Source of the DNA: Nocardioides sp.
GTDB lineage: Bacteria; Actinomycetota; Actinomycetes; Propionibacteriales; Nocardioidaceae
Reading direction: 5' to 3'
Length of the DNA: 64,000 bases
Assembly (NCBI GenBank): GCA_037046605.1
Contig: JBAOHF010000036.1
Span: forward strand, 59,043 to 123,042
Shown here: piece by piece, positions 22,733-32,474 of the stretch
How the letters are laid out: the number at the start of each line of letters is the position of its first letter
How positions within the stretch are numbered: the first letter of the stretch is position 1
Notes under the pieces: generated by a model
What the model saw: the letters and a program-made list of their open reading frames with translations, nothing else
Databases searched by the model: none
What the model was told of the DNA's origin: nothing
Made by a program: the position numbers and the translations under genes

Positions 22733-23731
22733 TCAGCCGCCGATCGCCGACATCGGGCGGGCCGGCTGCAGGAATGTCTCGTCGTTGATGCCGTGCCCCG
22801 GCTGCTTGCCACGCATCGCCTGCACCCAACGGCGGGCTAGCTCCTCGTCATCGGCTCCCCCGCGCAGCGGCGTGCGCAGATCGGACTCCGTGCGCGCGAA
22901 CAGGCAGTCGCGGACTTGGCCGTCGGCGGTCAGGCGCACGCGGTCGCAGTCTCCACAGAACGGGCGAGTCACCGAGGCGATCACCCCGACCGTGTGCGGC
23001 CCACCGTCGACGGTGAACAGTTCCGCCGGAGCGCTGCCGCGCGGGGCCCTGGCCGGGGTCAGCTCGAAGTGCTCGTTGAGCGAGGCCAGGATCTCCTCGG
23101 CCGTGATCATCTCGGTGCGGCGCCAGCGATGCTGCGCGTCCAACGGCATCTGCTCGATGAACCGGAGTTGGTACTGCTCGGCCATCGCCCAGCGCAGCAG
23201 CTCGGGCGCCTGAGCGTCGTTGATCCCGCGCAAGAGGACTGCATTGACCTTCACCGGACCCAGACCGGCCTCACGCGCCGCTTCCAAACCGGCAAGCACG
23301 TCGTGCAACCGATCGCGGCGGGTGATCTCGGCGAAGGTCTCGGGACGGACGCTGTCGAGAGAAACATTGACTCGGTCGAGTCCGGCTTCCTTAAGGGCCA
23401 CCGCGGTGCGGGCCAAGCCCAGCGCGTTGGTGGTCACCGAGATGTCGACCGGCCCCAGCGTCCGCGTGCGCCGGACGATGTCGACCAGGCCACGGCGTAC
23501 CAACGGCTCGCCACCGGTGAAGCGCACTTCGCGCACGCCCAGCAGGTTGACGGCAACGCCGATCAGTCGCACCACCTCGTCGTCGGTGAGCACTTTCTCG
23601 TCCGGCAACCAGTCCAAACCCTCGGCCGGCATGCAGTAGGAACACCGCAGATTGCACCGATCAGTGAGTGAGACTCGCAGATCGGTCGCTATGCGGCCGA
23701 AGCGATCGGCCAAGGCAAGGGGGGTGGACAC
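22733..23731 (-). CDS. moaA: GTP 3',8-cyclase MoaA
   Basis: DRFGR, CNLRCSYC radical SAM motif, TGGEP, FCGDCDR..CLF, C-terminal MSAIGG; TAGACT -10 before GTG 23731. Confidence 0.96.
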   Translation of the reverse strand: MSTPLALADRFGRIATDLRVSLTDRCNLRCSYCMPAEGLDWLPDEKVLTDDEVVRLIGVAVNLLGVREVRFTGGEPLVRRGLVDIVRRTRTLGPVDISVTTNALGLARTAVALKEAGLDRVNVSLDSVRPETFAEITRRDRLHDVLAGLEAAREAGLGPVKVNAVLLRGINDAQAPELLRWAMAEQYQLRFIEQMPLDAQHRWRRTEMITAEEILASLNEHFELTPARAPRGSAPAELFTVDGGPHTVGVIASVTRPFCGDCDRVRLTADGQVRDCLFARTESDLRTPLRGGADDEELARRWVQAMRGKQPGHGINDETFLQPARPMSAIGG

Positions 23732-23768
23732 CTGACCGAGTCTAGAGGCCGGGAGATAGCCTCGTCGG

Positions 23769-24542
23769 GTGCGGACCTGGGGCTTTTTGGTGAGTCGGCG
23801 ATGGATTGGCTTGGCGGTCATTGTCGTGCTGCTCGCCACGCTGGCCTGGTGGCTCGGCGAATGGCAGTTCCACCGGCTCACCGACCGCAAGGCCCGCAAT
23901 GCGCAGTACGCCACCAACGTGGCCGCCGATCCGACCCCGGCAGCCCAATTACTCGCACCCGGTCGCGGCGTGAGCCAAGCGCAAGAGTGGCGCCGGGTCA
24001 CCGCGACGGGAAGCTACCTCCCCGACAAGACGGTGTTGGTCCGCTATCAGACCCGCAAGAGCACTTCGGGCGTCGACGTGGTCGTTCCCTTCCGACTCGA
24101 GACCGGCGAGACCCTGCTCATCGACCGGGGTTGGCTGATGGCCCCCAACACCGCCTCCGAGTCGCCGGAGGTACCGCCACCTCCCAGCGGGAGGATCACA
24201 GTGGTCGGCTGGGTGCGCTCGGACGGCACCGGCTCCAGCACGCGCGTCGATGAGTCCGGCACCCGGGCCGTCTCATCGGCCACCATCGGCGAGTTCCTCG
24301 GCACCGAGGTTCTCGGCGGCTGGGTCCAAGTGGAATCGGAAGACGGCGAACCCGCCGCCGACCTGCTCCCGGCCGAGTTGCCCGATCCGGGCAATGGGCC
24401 GCACTTCTTCTACGGCCTGCAGTGGTGGTTCTTCGGTGTGCTCGCCGTCGGCGGCTACGGCTATCTCGCCTACGACGAGTTCCGGAAGCGGAAGACTCCA
24501 CACGCACGCTCCGAGCGGGACGCCTCTCCGGCAGGCAGTTGA
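23769..24542 (+). CDS. SURF1 family cytochrome oxidase biogenesis protein
   Basis: LGEWQ, EWRRV..TG.Y, LIDRGW, H..YGLQWWFF. Confidence 0.9.
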   Translation: MRTWGFLVSRRWIGLAVIVVLLATLAWWLGEWQFHRLTDRKARNAQYATNVAADPTPAAQLLAPGRGVSQAQEWRRVTATGSYLPDKTVLVRYQTRKSTSGVDVVVPFRLETGETLLIDRGWLMAPNTASESPEVPPPPSGRITVVGWVRSDGTGSSTRVDESGTRAVSSATIGEFLGTEVLGGWVQVESEDGEPAADLLPAELPDPGNGPHFFYGLQWWFFGVLAVGGYGYLAYDEFRKRKTPHARSERDASPAGS

Positions 24543-24576
24543 CGGCCACACGGGACAGTCGCCGAAAGATGGCCCG

Positions 24577-26457
24577 TCAGTGCGTCAGGGTCTCGCTGGT
24601 GGCGAACTGGGTGCGGTAGAGATCGGCGTAGAGGCCACCGCGGGCCAGCAACTCCTCGTGGGTGCCTCGTTCGGCGACGCGTCCCTTGTCGAGCACCACG
24701 ATGCAGTCGGCATCGCGAACCGTGGACAGCCGGTGCGCGATCACCAAGGAGGTGCGCCCTGCCAGCGCGGCGTCGAGCGCCCGCTGCACCGCCGCTTCGG
24801 ACTCGCTGTCGAGATGAGCCGTCGCCTCGTCGAGTACGACGATGGGCGGGGCCTTCAACATCAACCGGGCGATGGCCAGGCGTTGCCGCTCGCCGCCGGA
24901 GAGCCGGTAACCCCGATCCCCCACGACCGTGCCCAGACCGCTCGGCAGCGACTTGACCAAGTCCGCGATCTGAGCGGCCTCGAGTGCTTCCCAGATCTGC
25001 TCGTCGCTCGCGTCGGGGCGGGCGTAGCGCAGGTTGGCCCCAATCGTGTCGTGGAACATATGGGCGTCCTGGGTCACGTAGCCGACAGTGTCGGTCAGGG
25101 ACTCCAAGGTCACGTCCCGCACGTCCTGGCCGCCGATCCGCACCGCGCCGCTGGAGACGTCGTACAACCGGGCCACCAGGTTCGTAACCGTGGTCTTGCC
25201 CGCGCCGGAGGGGCCGACCAGGGCAATCATCTGGCCGGGCTCGGCCTGGAACCCAACGTGATGGAGGACCGGTCCAGAAGGCCGCCCGGACTCGCGGGCG
25301 ATCGTCTCGAGCGAGGCCAGCGAGATCTCCTCGGCATCGGGGTAGGTGAACGACACATCGTCGAACTCCACCCGAGCGGCATCGGCGGGAAGCGCCCGGG
25401 CGTCGGGACGCTCCTTGACCAGCGTCGGCAGGTCCAGCACCTCGAATACCCGCTCAAAGCTCACCAGTGCGGTCATCACGTCGATGCGGACATTGGAGAG
25501 TCCTTGGAGTGGGCCCAGCAAACGCAACAGCAAGGTAGCCAGCGCGAGCAGCGTGCCCACGGTCAATGAGCCGTTGATGACCAACATGCCACCGAGGCCG
25601 TAGACCAGTGCGGTGGCCAGCGCCGGGACAGTCATCATCGTCGCGCCGAAGATCCGCGTGATCAAAGAGATGCGCACCCCGAGATCGCGCACGAGACCCG
25701 CCTTCTCGGCGAAGATCGCATCCTCGTTGGCTGCGCTCCCGAACAGCTTCATCAACATGGCGCCACCGACGTTGAACCGCTCGGTCATGGCGTTGCCCAT
25801 GTCCGCGTTGCCGTCCATCTGCTGTCGGGTGAGTCCGGCCAGGCGGCCGCTCACCCAGCGCGAAGACAGGAAGAGCAAGGGGAAGAGTGCCAGGCACATC
25901 AAGGTCACCTGCCAGCTCAGCGCCACCATGGCTACCCCGACCACCACGACCGAGATCAGGTTGGACACAGTGCCCGACAAGGTGCTGGTGAAGGCCCGCT
26001 GAGCACCGATCACATCGTTGTTCAGCCGCGACACCAGGGCACCGGTCTGAGTGCGGGTGAAGAAGGCCAGCGACTGACGTTGCACGTGTGCGAAGACCTG
26101 GGTGCGTAGGTCGAAGATCAAGCCCTCGCCGATCCGACTGGACAGGTAGCCCGCCGTCACGCCCAGCACCGCGCCGACGATGGCTGTAGCGGCCATCCCC
26201 GCGGCCAGCCAGAGCACCAGGGGGCGATCACCGCCCAGAATGCCGTCGTCGACGATCCGTTGAACCAGCAACGGCGAGACCACGACCAGCAGCGAGTCGA
26301 TCACGGTCAGGGTCAGGAAGAGGATGATCAAGCTCCGGTGCGGCTTGGCGAACTGCAAGACCCGGCGTACGACGTCGCGGTCGACCTTGCTCGCCACCGC
26401 GCTGCGATCGGTACGTATGTGGCGCCAGACCTGACCGCCGCCGCCCATCATGCTCAT
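24577..26457 (-). CDS. ABC exporter, fused permease and ATPase
   Basis: TM domain plus GPSGAGKT, LSGGERQR, VLDEATAHLD, IAHRLST. Confidence 0.93.
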   Translation of the reverse strand: MSMMGGGGQVWRHIRTDRSAVASKVDRDVVRRVLQFAKPHRSLIILFLTLTVIDSLLVVVSPLLVQRIVDDGILGGDRPLVLWLAAGMAATAIVGAVLGVTAGYLSSRIGEGLIFDLRTQVFAHVQRQSLAFFTRTQTGALVSRLNNDVIGAQRAFTSTLSGTVSNLISVVVVGVAMVALSWQVTLMCLALFPLLFLSSRWVSGRLAGLTRQQMDGNADMGNAMTERFNVGGAMLMKLFGSAANEDAIFAEKAGLVRDLGVRISLITRIFGATMMTVPALATALVYGLGGMLVINGSLTVGTLLALATLLLRLLGPLQGLSNVRIDVMTALVSFERVFEVLDLPTLVKERPDARALPADAARVEFDDVSFTYPDAEEISLASLETIARESGRPSGPVLHHVGFQAEPGQMIALVGPSGAGKTTVTNLVARLYDVSSGAVRIGGQDVRDVTLESLTDTVGYVTQDAHMFHDTIGANLRYARPDASDEQIWEALEAAQIADLVKSLPSGLGTVVGDRGYRLSGGERQRLAIARLMLKAPPIVVLDEATAHLDSESEAAVQRALDAALAGRTSLVIAHRLSTVRDADCIVVLDKGRVAERGTHEELLARGGLYADLYRTQFATSETLTH

Positions 26458-28052
26458 GCGAGCGCAACCAGATCCGCGTACTCCTCATTCCAGAGGTCTT
26501 CGACCCCGTCGGGAAGGATCAGCACCTTGTCCGGCGACAGCGCGCGTACGGCGCCTTCGTCGTGGGTCACCAAGACGATGGCCCCGCGGTAGCTGCGGAT
26601 GGCGGCCAGCACCTCTTCTCGCGACGCGGGATCGAGGTTGTTGGTCGGCTCGTCAAGGAGCAGCACGTTGGCGGCCGAGACGACCAGGGTCGCCAGCGCG
26701 AGCCGGGTCTTCTCCCCACCGGACAGCACACGCGCCGGCTTTTCGACATCGTCGCCACTGAACAGGAAGGAACCCAGCACCGAGCGCGCCTCGGTATCGG
26801 TCAAAGCCGGTGCCGAACTGTGGAGATTCTCCAGCACACTGCGCCCCACATCGAGCGTCTCGTGCTCCTGGGCGTAATAGCCGAGCTTCAAGCCGTGCCC
26901 CGGGACGACCTCGCCGGTGTCGGCCTTGTCGATGCCGGCCAGCATCCGCAGCAAGGTGGTTTTGCCGGCGCCGTTCAGACCCAGAACCACCACGCGGGTG
27001 CCTCGGTCGATAGCCAGATCGACATCGGTGAAGACCTCCAGCGATCCGTAGGACTTGGACAGTTCGGTGGCCGTCAGTGGCGTCTTTCCGCAGGGTGCCG
27101 GCTCCGGGAAACGGATCCGAGCCACCTTGTCTCCGGCTCGCTCGGCCTCCAGGCCGGCGGTCAGGCGTTCGGCACGCTTCATCATCGACTGGGCGGCTTG
27201 GGCTTTGGTGGCCTTGGCACGCATCTTGTTGGCTTGATCGAGCAGCGCGCTGGCCTTGCGTTCGGCATTTGCCCGTTCGCGCTTGCGGCGACGCTCGTCC
27301 ACTTCACGTTGGCTGAGGTACGCCGTCCAGCCGACGTTGTAGATGTCGACAACCGCGCGATTGGCGTCCAGATGCAAGACCTTGTTGACCGTTGCCTCCA
27401 GCAGCCCGGTGTCGTGACTGATCACCACCAGCCCGCTCTTGTGGTGAGCGAGGAAGCCGCGCAGCCAGACGATGCTGTCGGCATCGAGGTGGTTGGTCGG
27501 CTCGTCGAGAAGCAAGGTCTCTGCGTCGGAGAACAGGATCCGGGCTAGTTCCACCCGCCGCCGCTGGCCGCCCGACAGGGTGCGCAAAGGCTGGCCCAGG
27601 ATCCGATCCTCCAAGCCCAGCGCGTGGGCGATCACAGCGGCCTCGGCTTCGGCGCCGTAGCCGCCGGCGGCATGGAGTTCGGCCTCGGCCCGGGTGTAGC
27701 GACGGAAAGCCCGCTCCCGAATGCTCGGGGTGTCGCTGGCCATCTCGATCTCGGCAGCCCGCAGGGCAGCCAACGCGGAGTCGAGGCCGCGGGCCGACAG
27801 GATCCGATCTCTGGCCAACTGCTCGGGATCGCCGGCACGGGGGTCTTGGGGTAGGTAGCCGATGGTGCCGGTGCGCTCGACTTGCCCCGATGCAGGGAGG
27901 GACTCGCCTGCGAGCACCCGGGTCAGGGTCGTCTTGCCGGCGCCGTTGCGACCGACCAGACCGATCCGATCGCCGGGGCCTACCCGGAAGCTGACATCGC
28001 TCATCAAGAGTCGAGCACCGGCACGCAGCTCGATCTGCTGGGCGGTAATCAT
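26454..28052 (-). CDS. ABC-F family ATPase (ribosome-associated type)
   Basis: Two NBDs (GRNGAGKT/LSGGQ/DEPTNHLD and GLNGAGKT/LSGGEK/DEPTNNLD) with a charged linker and no TM segments. Confidence 0.93.
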   Translation of the reverse strand: MITAQQIELRAGARLLMSDVSFRVGPGDRIGLVGRNGAGKTTLTRVLAGESLPASGQVERTGTIGYLPQDPRAGDPEQLARDRILSARGLDSALAALRAAEIEMASDTPSIRERAFRRYTRAEAELHAAGGYGAEAEAAVIAHALGLEDRILGQPLRTLSGGQRRRVELARILFSDAETLLLDEPTNHLDADSIVWLRGFLAHHKSGLVVISHDTGLLEATVNKVLHLDANRAVVDIYNVGWTAYLSQREVDERRRKRERANAERKASALLDQANKMRAKATKAQAAQSMMKRAERLTAGLEAERAGDKVARIRFPEPAPCGKTPLTATELSKSYGSLEVFTDVDLAIDRGTRVVVLGLNGAGKTTLLRMLAGIDKADTGEVVPGHGLKLGYYAQEHETLDVGRSVLENLHSSAPALTDTEARSVLGSFLFSGDDVEKPARVLSGGEKTRLALATLVVSAANVLLLDEPTNNLDPASREEVLAAIRSYRGAIVLVTHDEGAVRALSPDKVLILPDGVEDLWNEEYADLVALA

Positions 28053-28237
28053 CAGGCGAACAGTCTACGGTCGCGAGCGGGTCTCGGACCGCATCGGCGA
28101 AGACACCGACGTAGCTGAAACGTGATGCTTGTCCCCCACCAATGACACGGGAAGCGACGCCCGGGGAGGTAGTCTTTCGCCTCGATGCCGGGGCCGACTC
28201 TCCGACCCGGATCTGCGCGGACAGGAAGGACGCTCGC

Positions 28238-29194
28238 ATGCGTTTCAATCCCAAGGCACGGCTCGACACCAGCCGCACCTCTGACGGCGGCGGCGGTGGC
28301 GGCGGCGGCATGGGTGGCGGCCCGATGCGGCTTCCGATCCCTGGCGGCGCTGCGGGTGGCGGCGGCCTCGGCATGGTGCTGATCGTCATCCTCTTCCTGG
28401 TCCTTAACCAGTGCGTGGGCGGCGGCGGCCTGACCGGCGGCGCTCAGGCCCCCGATAACAGCATCGACACCAGCAACGTCGCGGCCGAGGACACCGGCCG
28501 CTACGACAACTGCAAGACCGGCGAGGACGCCAACTCCGACCCCGACTGCGAGCGCATCGGCGTCGAGAACTCCTTGGTGAGCTTCTGGAGCAAGACCATC
28601 CCGGCCGAGACCAACGCCAGCTTCACGCCGGCCACGCTGCGCACTTTCAGTGGCGCGACCTCGACCGGGTGCGGACAGGCCACCTCGCAGGTCGGGCCGT
28701 TCTACTGCCCCAACGACGCAACCATCTACATGGACACCTCCTTCTTCGACGACGTCCTCGAGCGTCAGCTCGGTGGGCCGGACGGCGGCTTCGTTCAGGC
28801 CTACGTCCTCGCCCATGAGTACGGCCACCACATCCAGAACCTGATGGGCTACATGGGTCGGGTGCGGACGCAGAAGGGACCTCGCTCCGACGCGGTCCGA
28901 CTCGAACTGCAAGCCGACTGCTACGGCGGCATGTGGACGAAGGCCGCGACGAGCACGTCCGACAGCGGCGGGGAGCCGCTGATCGCCTCGCTGTCACAAG
29001 ACGACATCCAGCAGGCGATCGATGCCGCAGCGGCAGTCGGCGACGACCGGATCCAGCAGAAGACCCAGGGTCAGGTCACCGAGGAGTCGTGGACCCACGG
29101 CTCGGCGGATTCGCGGATGAAGTGGTTCCAGGTCGGCTGGCAGCAAGGCACCATGCAGGCTTGCGAACAGGTCTGGACCGTCGACACCCCGTAG
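28238..29194 (+). CDS. Neutral zinc metallopeptidase (YpfJ-like)
   Basis: Gly-rich N-terminus with TM, TGCG, GPFYCP, AHEYGHHIQ, ELQADC, VGDD.IQ, THGS. Confidence 0.92.
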   Translation: MRFNPKARLDTSRTSDGGGGGGGGMGGGPMRLPIPGGAAGGGGLGMVLIVILFLVLNQCVGGGGLTGGAQAPDNSIDTSNVAAEDTGRYDNCKTGEDANSDPDCERIGVENSLVSFWSKTIPAETNASFTPATLRTFSGATSTGCGQATSQVGPFYCPNDATIYMDTSFFDDVLERQLGGPDGGFVQAYVLAHEYGHHIQNLMGYMGRVRTQKGPRSDAVRLELQADCYGGMWTKAATSTSDSGGEPLIASLSQDDIQQAIDAAAAVGDDRIQQKTQGQVTEESWTHGSADSRMKWFQVGWQQGTMQACEQVWTVDTP

Positions 29195-29213
29195 CCACCA
29201 GACGAACGACAGC

Positions 29214-29246
29214 TTCAGCCCAGCCGAGGACTTCGGCTGGGCTGAA
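29214..29246. terminator. Intrinsic terminator hairpin between convergent genes
   Basis: 14-bp perfect stem TTCAGCCCAGCCGA / TCGGCTGGGCTGAA with a 5-nt loop. Confidence 0.75.
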
Positions 29247-29270
29247 CTGCTTGTTGGTGCCGAACGCCGA

Positions 29271-30173
29271 CTACAGCAGGGATTCGATCTGCGGCAGGTG
29301 GCGCTGCATCGCCCGCAAGTACGGCGCCACGGCCGGGTGGCGGAACTTCCCGGCTAGCGCCCCATCTCCCTCGGCAACCCGGGCAAGTGCCCAGTCGGCC
29401 CGCGTCAACACGGTGTAGACAGCCGTGATGGTTGCTCCGGTCTCCACTTCGGCGCGGGTGGCAACCGCAGGACCGAGCGCGGCCACATAGCTGCTCACCA
29501 GCGACTCGAAGTCATCTCGGATCGAGAGCGCGAAGTAGCCGAGATCAGCCCCGACCGGACCAATCCCGAGGGTGGACCAGTCGATGGCCACCACGTGCTC
29601 CCCGACTCTTCCGGGGAGATTGCTGGGCACCGGGTCCCCGTGCTGGGGGACGCGCGGAAGCTCGCTCAACCGGGCCAGGAGCACCGCGCGTCGATCCCAG
29701 AGTCTCTCGGCCAGGTCGGCGACCGGGGTCCTGGCCAAAGTCCGCCAACCGCCACGACGCTCGACCCGTGCAAGACGATCGGTCAACTGTTGGCGTGCCA
29801 ACCAGGGTTCCTCCGGCAACCGGGCGGAGGCGAACCTCGCCAACGCGCCCGCCACGAAGGAGGGCGTGACCTCGATCGGATCCACAAACTGCTGGACGAG
29901 AGTGATCCCCTCCGGGTCCTCCTCCACCCGCACCAAACGCGCGGCGCGCAGGCCCGGAGAATCCACCACGATCCCACTCAGTGCCACATCGCTGGCGCGG
30001 CGCCAATAGGCGAAGTGCCTCGGCTGGGAAAGCTCTCCCGGGTCTCCGTGGGCTGGAGCCTCCAGCCGCTTGATCACCACCTGCTGGCCGGACTCGGTGG
30101 CTGACCAGACCCCGAGGGTGGAGGGTCCCATCCCACCGGGCATCGCCTGCCACGCAGGGTCGGGCTGCCACAT
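29271..30173 (-). CDS. Aminoglycoside phosphotransferase-like (APH/choline kinase fold) protein
   Basis: VVIK, HGDPVPSN catalytic loop, IDWS, GP.G.DL; CAGGAT -10 6 nt before ATG 30173. Confidence 0.75.
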   Translation of the reverse strand: MWQPDPAWQAMPGGMGPSTLGVWSATESGQQVVIKRLEAPAHGDPGELSQPRHFAYWRRASDVALSGIVVDSPGLRAARLVRVEEDPEGITLVQQFVDPIEVTPSFVAGALARFASARLPEEPWLARQQLTDRLARVERRGGWRTLARTPVADLAERLWDRRAVLLARLSELPRVPQHGDPVPSNLPGRVGEHVVAIDWSTLGIGPVGADLGYFALSIRDDFESLVSSYVAALGPAVATRAEVETGATITAVYTVLTRADWALARVAEGDGALAGKFRHPAVAPYLRAMQRHLPQIESLL

Positions 30174-30254
30174 GGCAGCATCCTGCCAGCGCACGCCGGA
30201 TCGACGCCGCACCGACGCGCAGCGTTGGCGCAGGCTTCGTCGGCTGTCTCGCCC

Positions 30255-30890
30255 TCAGCCCGTGTTCTCCTGCTCGCTGATCTGCAAACCCAGCGTCTGC
30301 GCTTCGGCGACAGCCGCCACGAGGACATCTCGACGCGGGTCACCGACGGCGAGCCACCAGCCCACGGTCTGCACCGAAGCCAGTCGTGGGTCCCCGAGCA
30401 CCTCGGCAACCGCCTGTCGGTCCCCGCCCACGACCACCGCACGGGAAACCGGCGTCGAGCCGGTCCAACCCCACACCCGGCAGGCATGATCGGCGGCGGC
30501 TTGATAGGCGTCACGGGCTTGGTTGTCGCGGCGCCGGGCGAAGCGCTGTTGGCTCTGCCCACCGGCTTTGGTCCGGCCCTGGACGTGTCGTTGGCCCACC
30601 TTGCTGGCCGTGATCCGATCCTGCTCCAGTGCGCCGATGGCGAAGCCGCCCTTCCTGACCAGAAGCACCCCCCACGTCTGCGGCGGGAGGGCAAGAGCGG
30701 TGAACCCATCAGGGTCTGCCGGACCGTCGTAGGCCCGGGAGAAGGGAAGTCGCGCGATGACTTCCGCGCCGTCCGCGGCGATGCCGTGCAGCGCACCGTC
30801 GCCGACCCTCCACTCCGTCTGCCCGTGTCGGGCCGCGAAGTTCTCCCGCCATCTGGGCCAGCGCTTCAGTGGGACCCGCACCTCGATCAC
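30255..30890 (-). CDS. acVLRF1-family (Vms1/ANKZF1-like release factor) peptidyl-tRNA hydrolase
   Basis: LLVRKGGFAIG, SKVG.RHVQGRTKAGGQSQQRFARRRDNQ, VVGGDR; start taken from the TACTCT -10 (ORF-track start 30911). Confidence 0.85.
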   Translation of the reverse strand: MIEVRVPLKRWPRWRENFAARHGQTEWRVGDGALHGIAADGAEVIARLPFSRAYDGPADPDGFTALALPPQTWGVLLVRKGGFAIGALEQDRITASKVGQRHVQGRTKAGGQSQQRFARRRDNQARDAYQAAADHACRVWGWTGSTPVSRAVVVGGDRQAVAEVLGDPRLASVQTVGWWLAVGDPRRDVLVAAVAEAQTLGLQISEQENTG

Positions 30891-30931
30891 GCCCTGAGAG
30901 TAGGCCACCATCGTGCGCCTATGCTCACCCC

Positions 30932-31552
30932 ATGCTGATGGACCACACCCTGTTGGTCATCGACCAGGTGACCAACTGGATGACCAACGACTTCGCGATC
31001 CACGACGAGCATGGAGCTCCCATCGGGACGATCGCGACTGAGGGAGGACTCGGTTCCAGGCTGCTTGCGGGGAACCGCGAGTTCAGCGTGTACGACGGAG
31101 AGCAGAAGCTCCTCGGCCTCTACGACGTCCCCAACTTCGGCTTCGACACCTTCGAGGTCACCGACGGCGGTGGGGCGTTGATCGCGCAGGTGACCAAGGA
31201 ACTGGCCTTCTTCACCACTCGGCTGACCATCGAGCTCTACGCCCCATCGAGTGATCAATCCCCTGACCAAGCCCCTGATCAAGCCAGTGGACCGTCGGTT
31301 TCCCAGCTGGTCGAACTCAGTGGCGATTGGCTCGACTACGACTTCGAGGCCACTATCGGCGGCGCCCGCGCCGCGCAGGTCGCCCGTCGTTGGCCCGGTG
31401 CCGGGGAATGGTTCCTGGGCCGGAACCGCTACGTCGTGCTCTTCGAACGTGGCCTACCGCCGCAGCCGCGGCTGGGGATCCTGGGCGCGATCATCGCCTT
31501 GGACCTGATCCGGGAAAAGCGCGAACGTAGTCGCAAGAACAACCGGCGGTAG
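30932..31552 (+). CDS. LURP-one/scramblase (Tubby C-like) family protein
   Basis: FAIHDEHGAPIG, beta-rich repeats, GDWLDYDF, NRYVV, C-terminal hydrophobic helix LGAIIALD. Confidence 0.7.
   Translation: MLMDHTLLVIDQVTNWMTNDFAIHDEHGAPIGTIATEGGLGSRLLAGNREFSVYDGEQKLLGLYDVPNFGFDTFEVTDGGGALIAQVTKELAFFTTRLTIELYAPSSDQSPDQAPDQASGPSVSQLVELSGDWLDYDFEATIGGARAAQVARRWPGAGEWFLGRNRYVVLFERGLPPQPRLGILGAIIALDLIREKRERSRKNNRR
31252..31287 (+). repeat. Intragenic 12-bp x3 repeat encoding DQSP-DQAP-DQAS
   Basis: TGATCAATCCCC TGACCAAGCCCC TGATCAAGCCAG. Confidence 0.8.
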
Positions 31553-31558
31553 CAGCCC

Positions 31559-31618
31559 CAGACGGTGAAGCCTCAGACGGTGAACCCTCAGATGGTGAAC
31601 CCTCAGACGTTGAACCCG
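31559..31618. repeat. 15-bp x4 tandem repeat overlapping the sufT stop codon
   Basis: CAGACGGTGAAGCCT CAGACGGTGAACCCT CAGATGGTGAACCCT CAGACGTTGAACCCG. Confidence 0.9.
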
Positions 31619-31962
31619 AGCGCCCGCAGCTGATCGCGACCGTCCTCGGTGATCTTGTCGGGGCCCCACGGCGGCATCCAGACCCAGTTGATGGCCACGT
31701 CGTTGACCATGCCCTCCAGGGCGGTGTTGGTCTGGTCCTCGATGACGTCGGTCAGCGGGCAGGCCGCCGAGGTCAAGGTCATGTCGACCACGGCGTTGTG
31801 CTGCTCGTCCAGGTGGACGCCATAGACCAGGCCCAGGTCGACCACGTTGATGCCCAGCTCGGGGTCGACCACGTCCTTGAGGGCTTCTAGGACCTCATCC
31901 TCGGTGACCGTGGCCGTGCCACCGCTCAAGTCGACCTCGGGCAGGTCGTCGTGCTCCGCCAT
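31603..31962 (-). CDS. sufT: DUF59 metal-sulfur cluster assembly factor (SufT-like)
   Basis: VVDPELGINVVDLGLVY, MTLTSAACP, WVWMPPW; SD GGAGGAG. Confidence 0.9.
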   Translation of the reverse strand: MAEHDDLPEVDLSGGTATVTEDEVLEALKDVVDPELGINVVDLGLVYGVHLDEQHNAVVDMTLTSAACPLTDVIEDQTNTALEGMVNDVAINWVWMPPWGPDKITEDGRDQLRALGFNV

Positions 31963-31979
31963 CTGCTTCTCCTCCATGT

Positions 31980-32474
31980 TCACAAGCTTGGTTCGATCGT
32001 CGTGTCGTCTGTACTGGCTTCGGGTTCAGTAAGCGAGATCCCGCTGCGCGCCAGCGCGTCCTGCCAGGCCATCCAGGGCAGCAGCGCGCACTTCACCCGG
32101 GCCGGGAACTTGGCGACCCCCGCGAAGGCCGCCGCGTCTCCGAGGACCGCTTCGTCCGGCGTACCCCGACCCTGACTGTGCATCAGCGCCAAGAACTCCC
32201 CGTGCAGCGCGGCAGCGGCCGAAACCGGCTCGCCGATCAGGGAATCGCTCAGCACCGACGCCGAAGCCTGGCTGATCGAACAGCCCAGGGCTTCATAGGA
32301 GATGTCGGCCACGACACCGTCCACGGTCCGAGTGCGCAGGGTGACCTCGTCCCCGCAGGTCGGATTGACGTGGTGGACCTCGGCGTCGAAAGGCTCCCGC
32401 AGGCCGGCATGGCGCGGGTGCCGAGCGTGGTCGAGGATGATGTCTTGATAGAGCGAGTCAAGGGAGTGCGACAT
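31980..32474 (-). CDS. sufU: SUF system NifU-family protein
   Basis: LYQDIILDH, NPTCGD, GCSISQASAS, FPARVKCALL. Confidence 0.95.
   Translation of the reverse strand: MSHSLDSLYQDIILDHARHPRHAGLREPFDAEVHHVNPTCGDEVTLRTRTVDGVVADISYEALGCSISQASASVLSDSLIGEPVSAAAALHGEFLALMHSQGRGTPDEAVLGDAAAFAGVAKFPARVKCALLPWMAWQDALARSGISLTEPEASTDDTTIEPSL

Noticed and set aside
28282-28360. GGC-rich low-complexity tract
   Set aside because: It encodes the usual Gly-rich N-terminus of YpfJ-like peptidases and is not a separate element.
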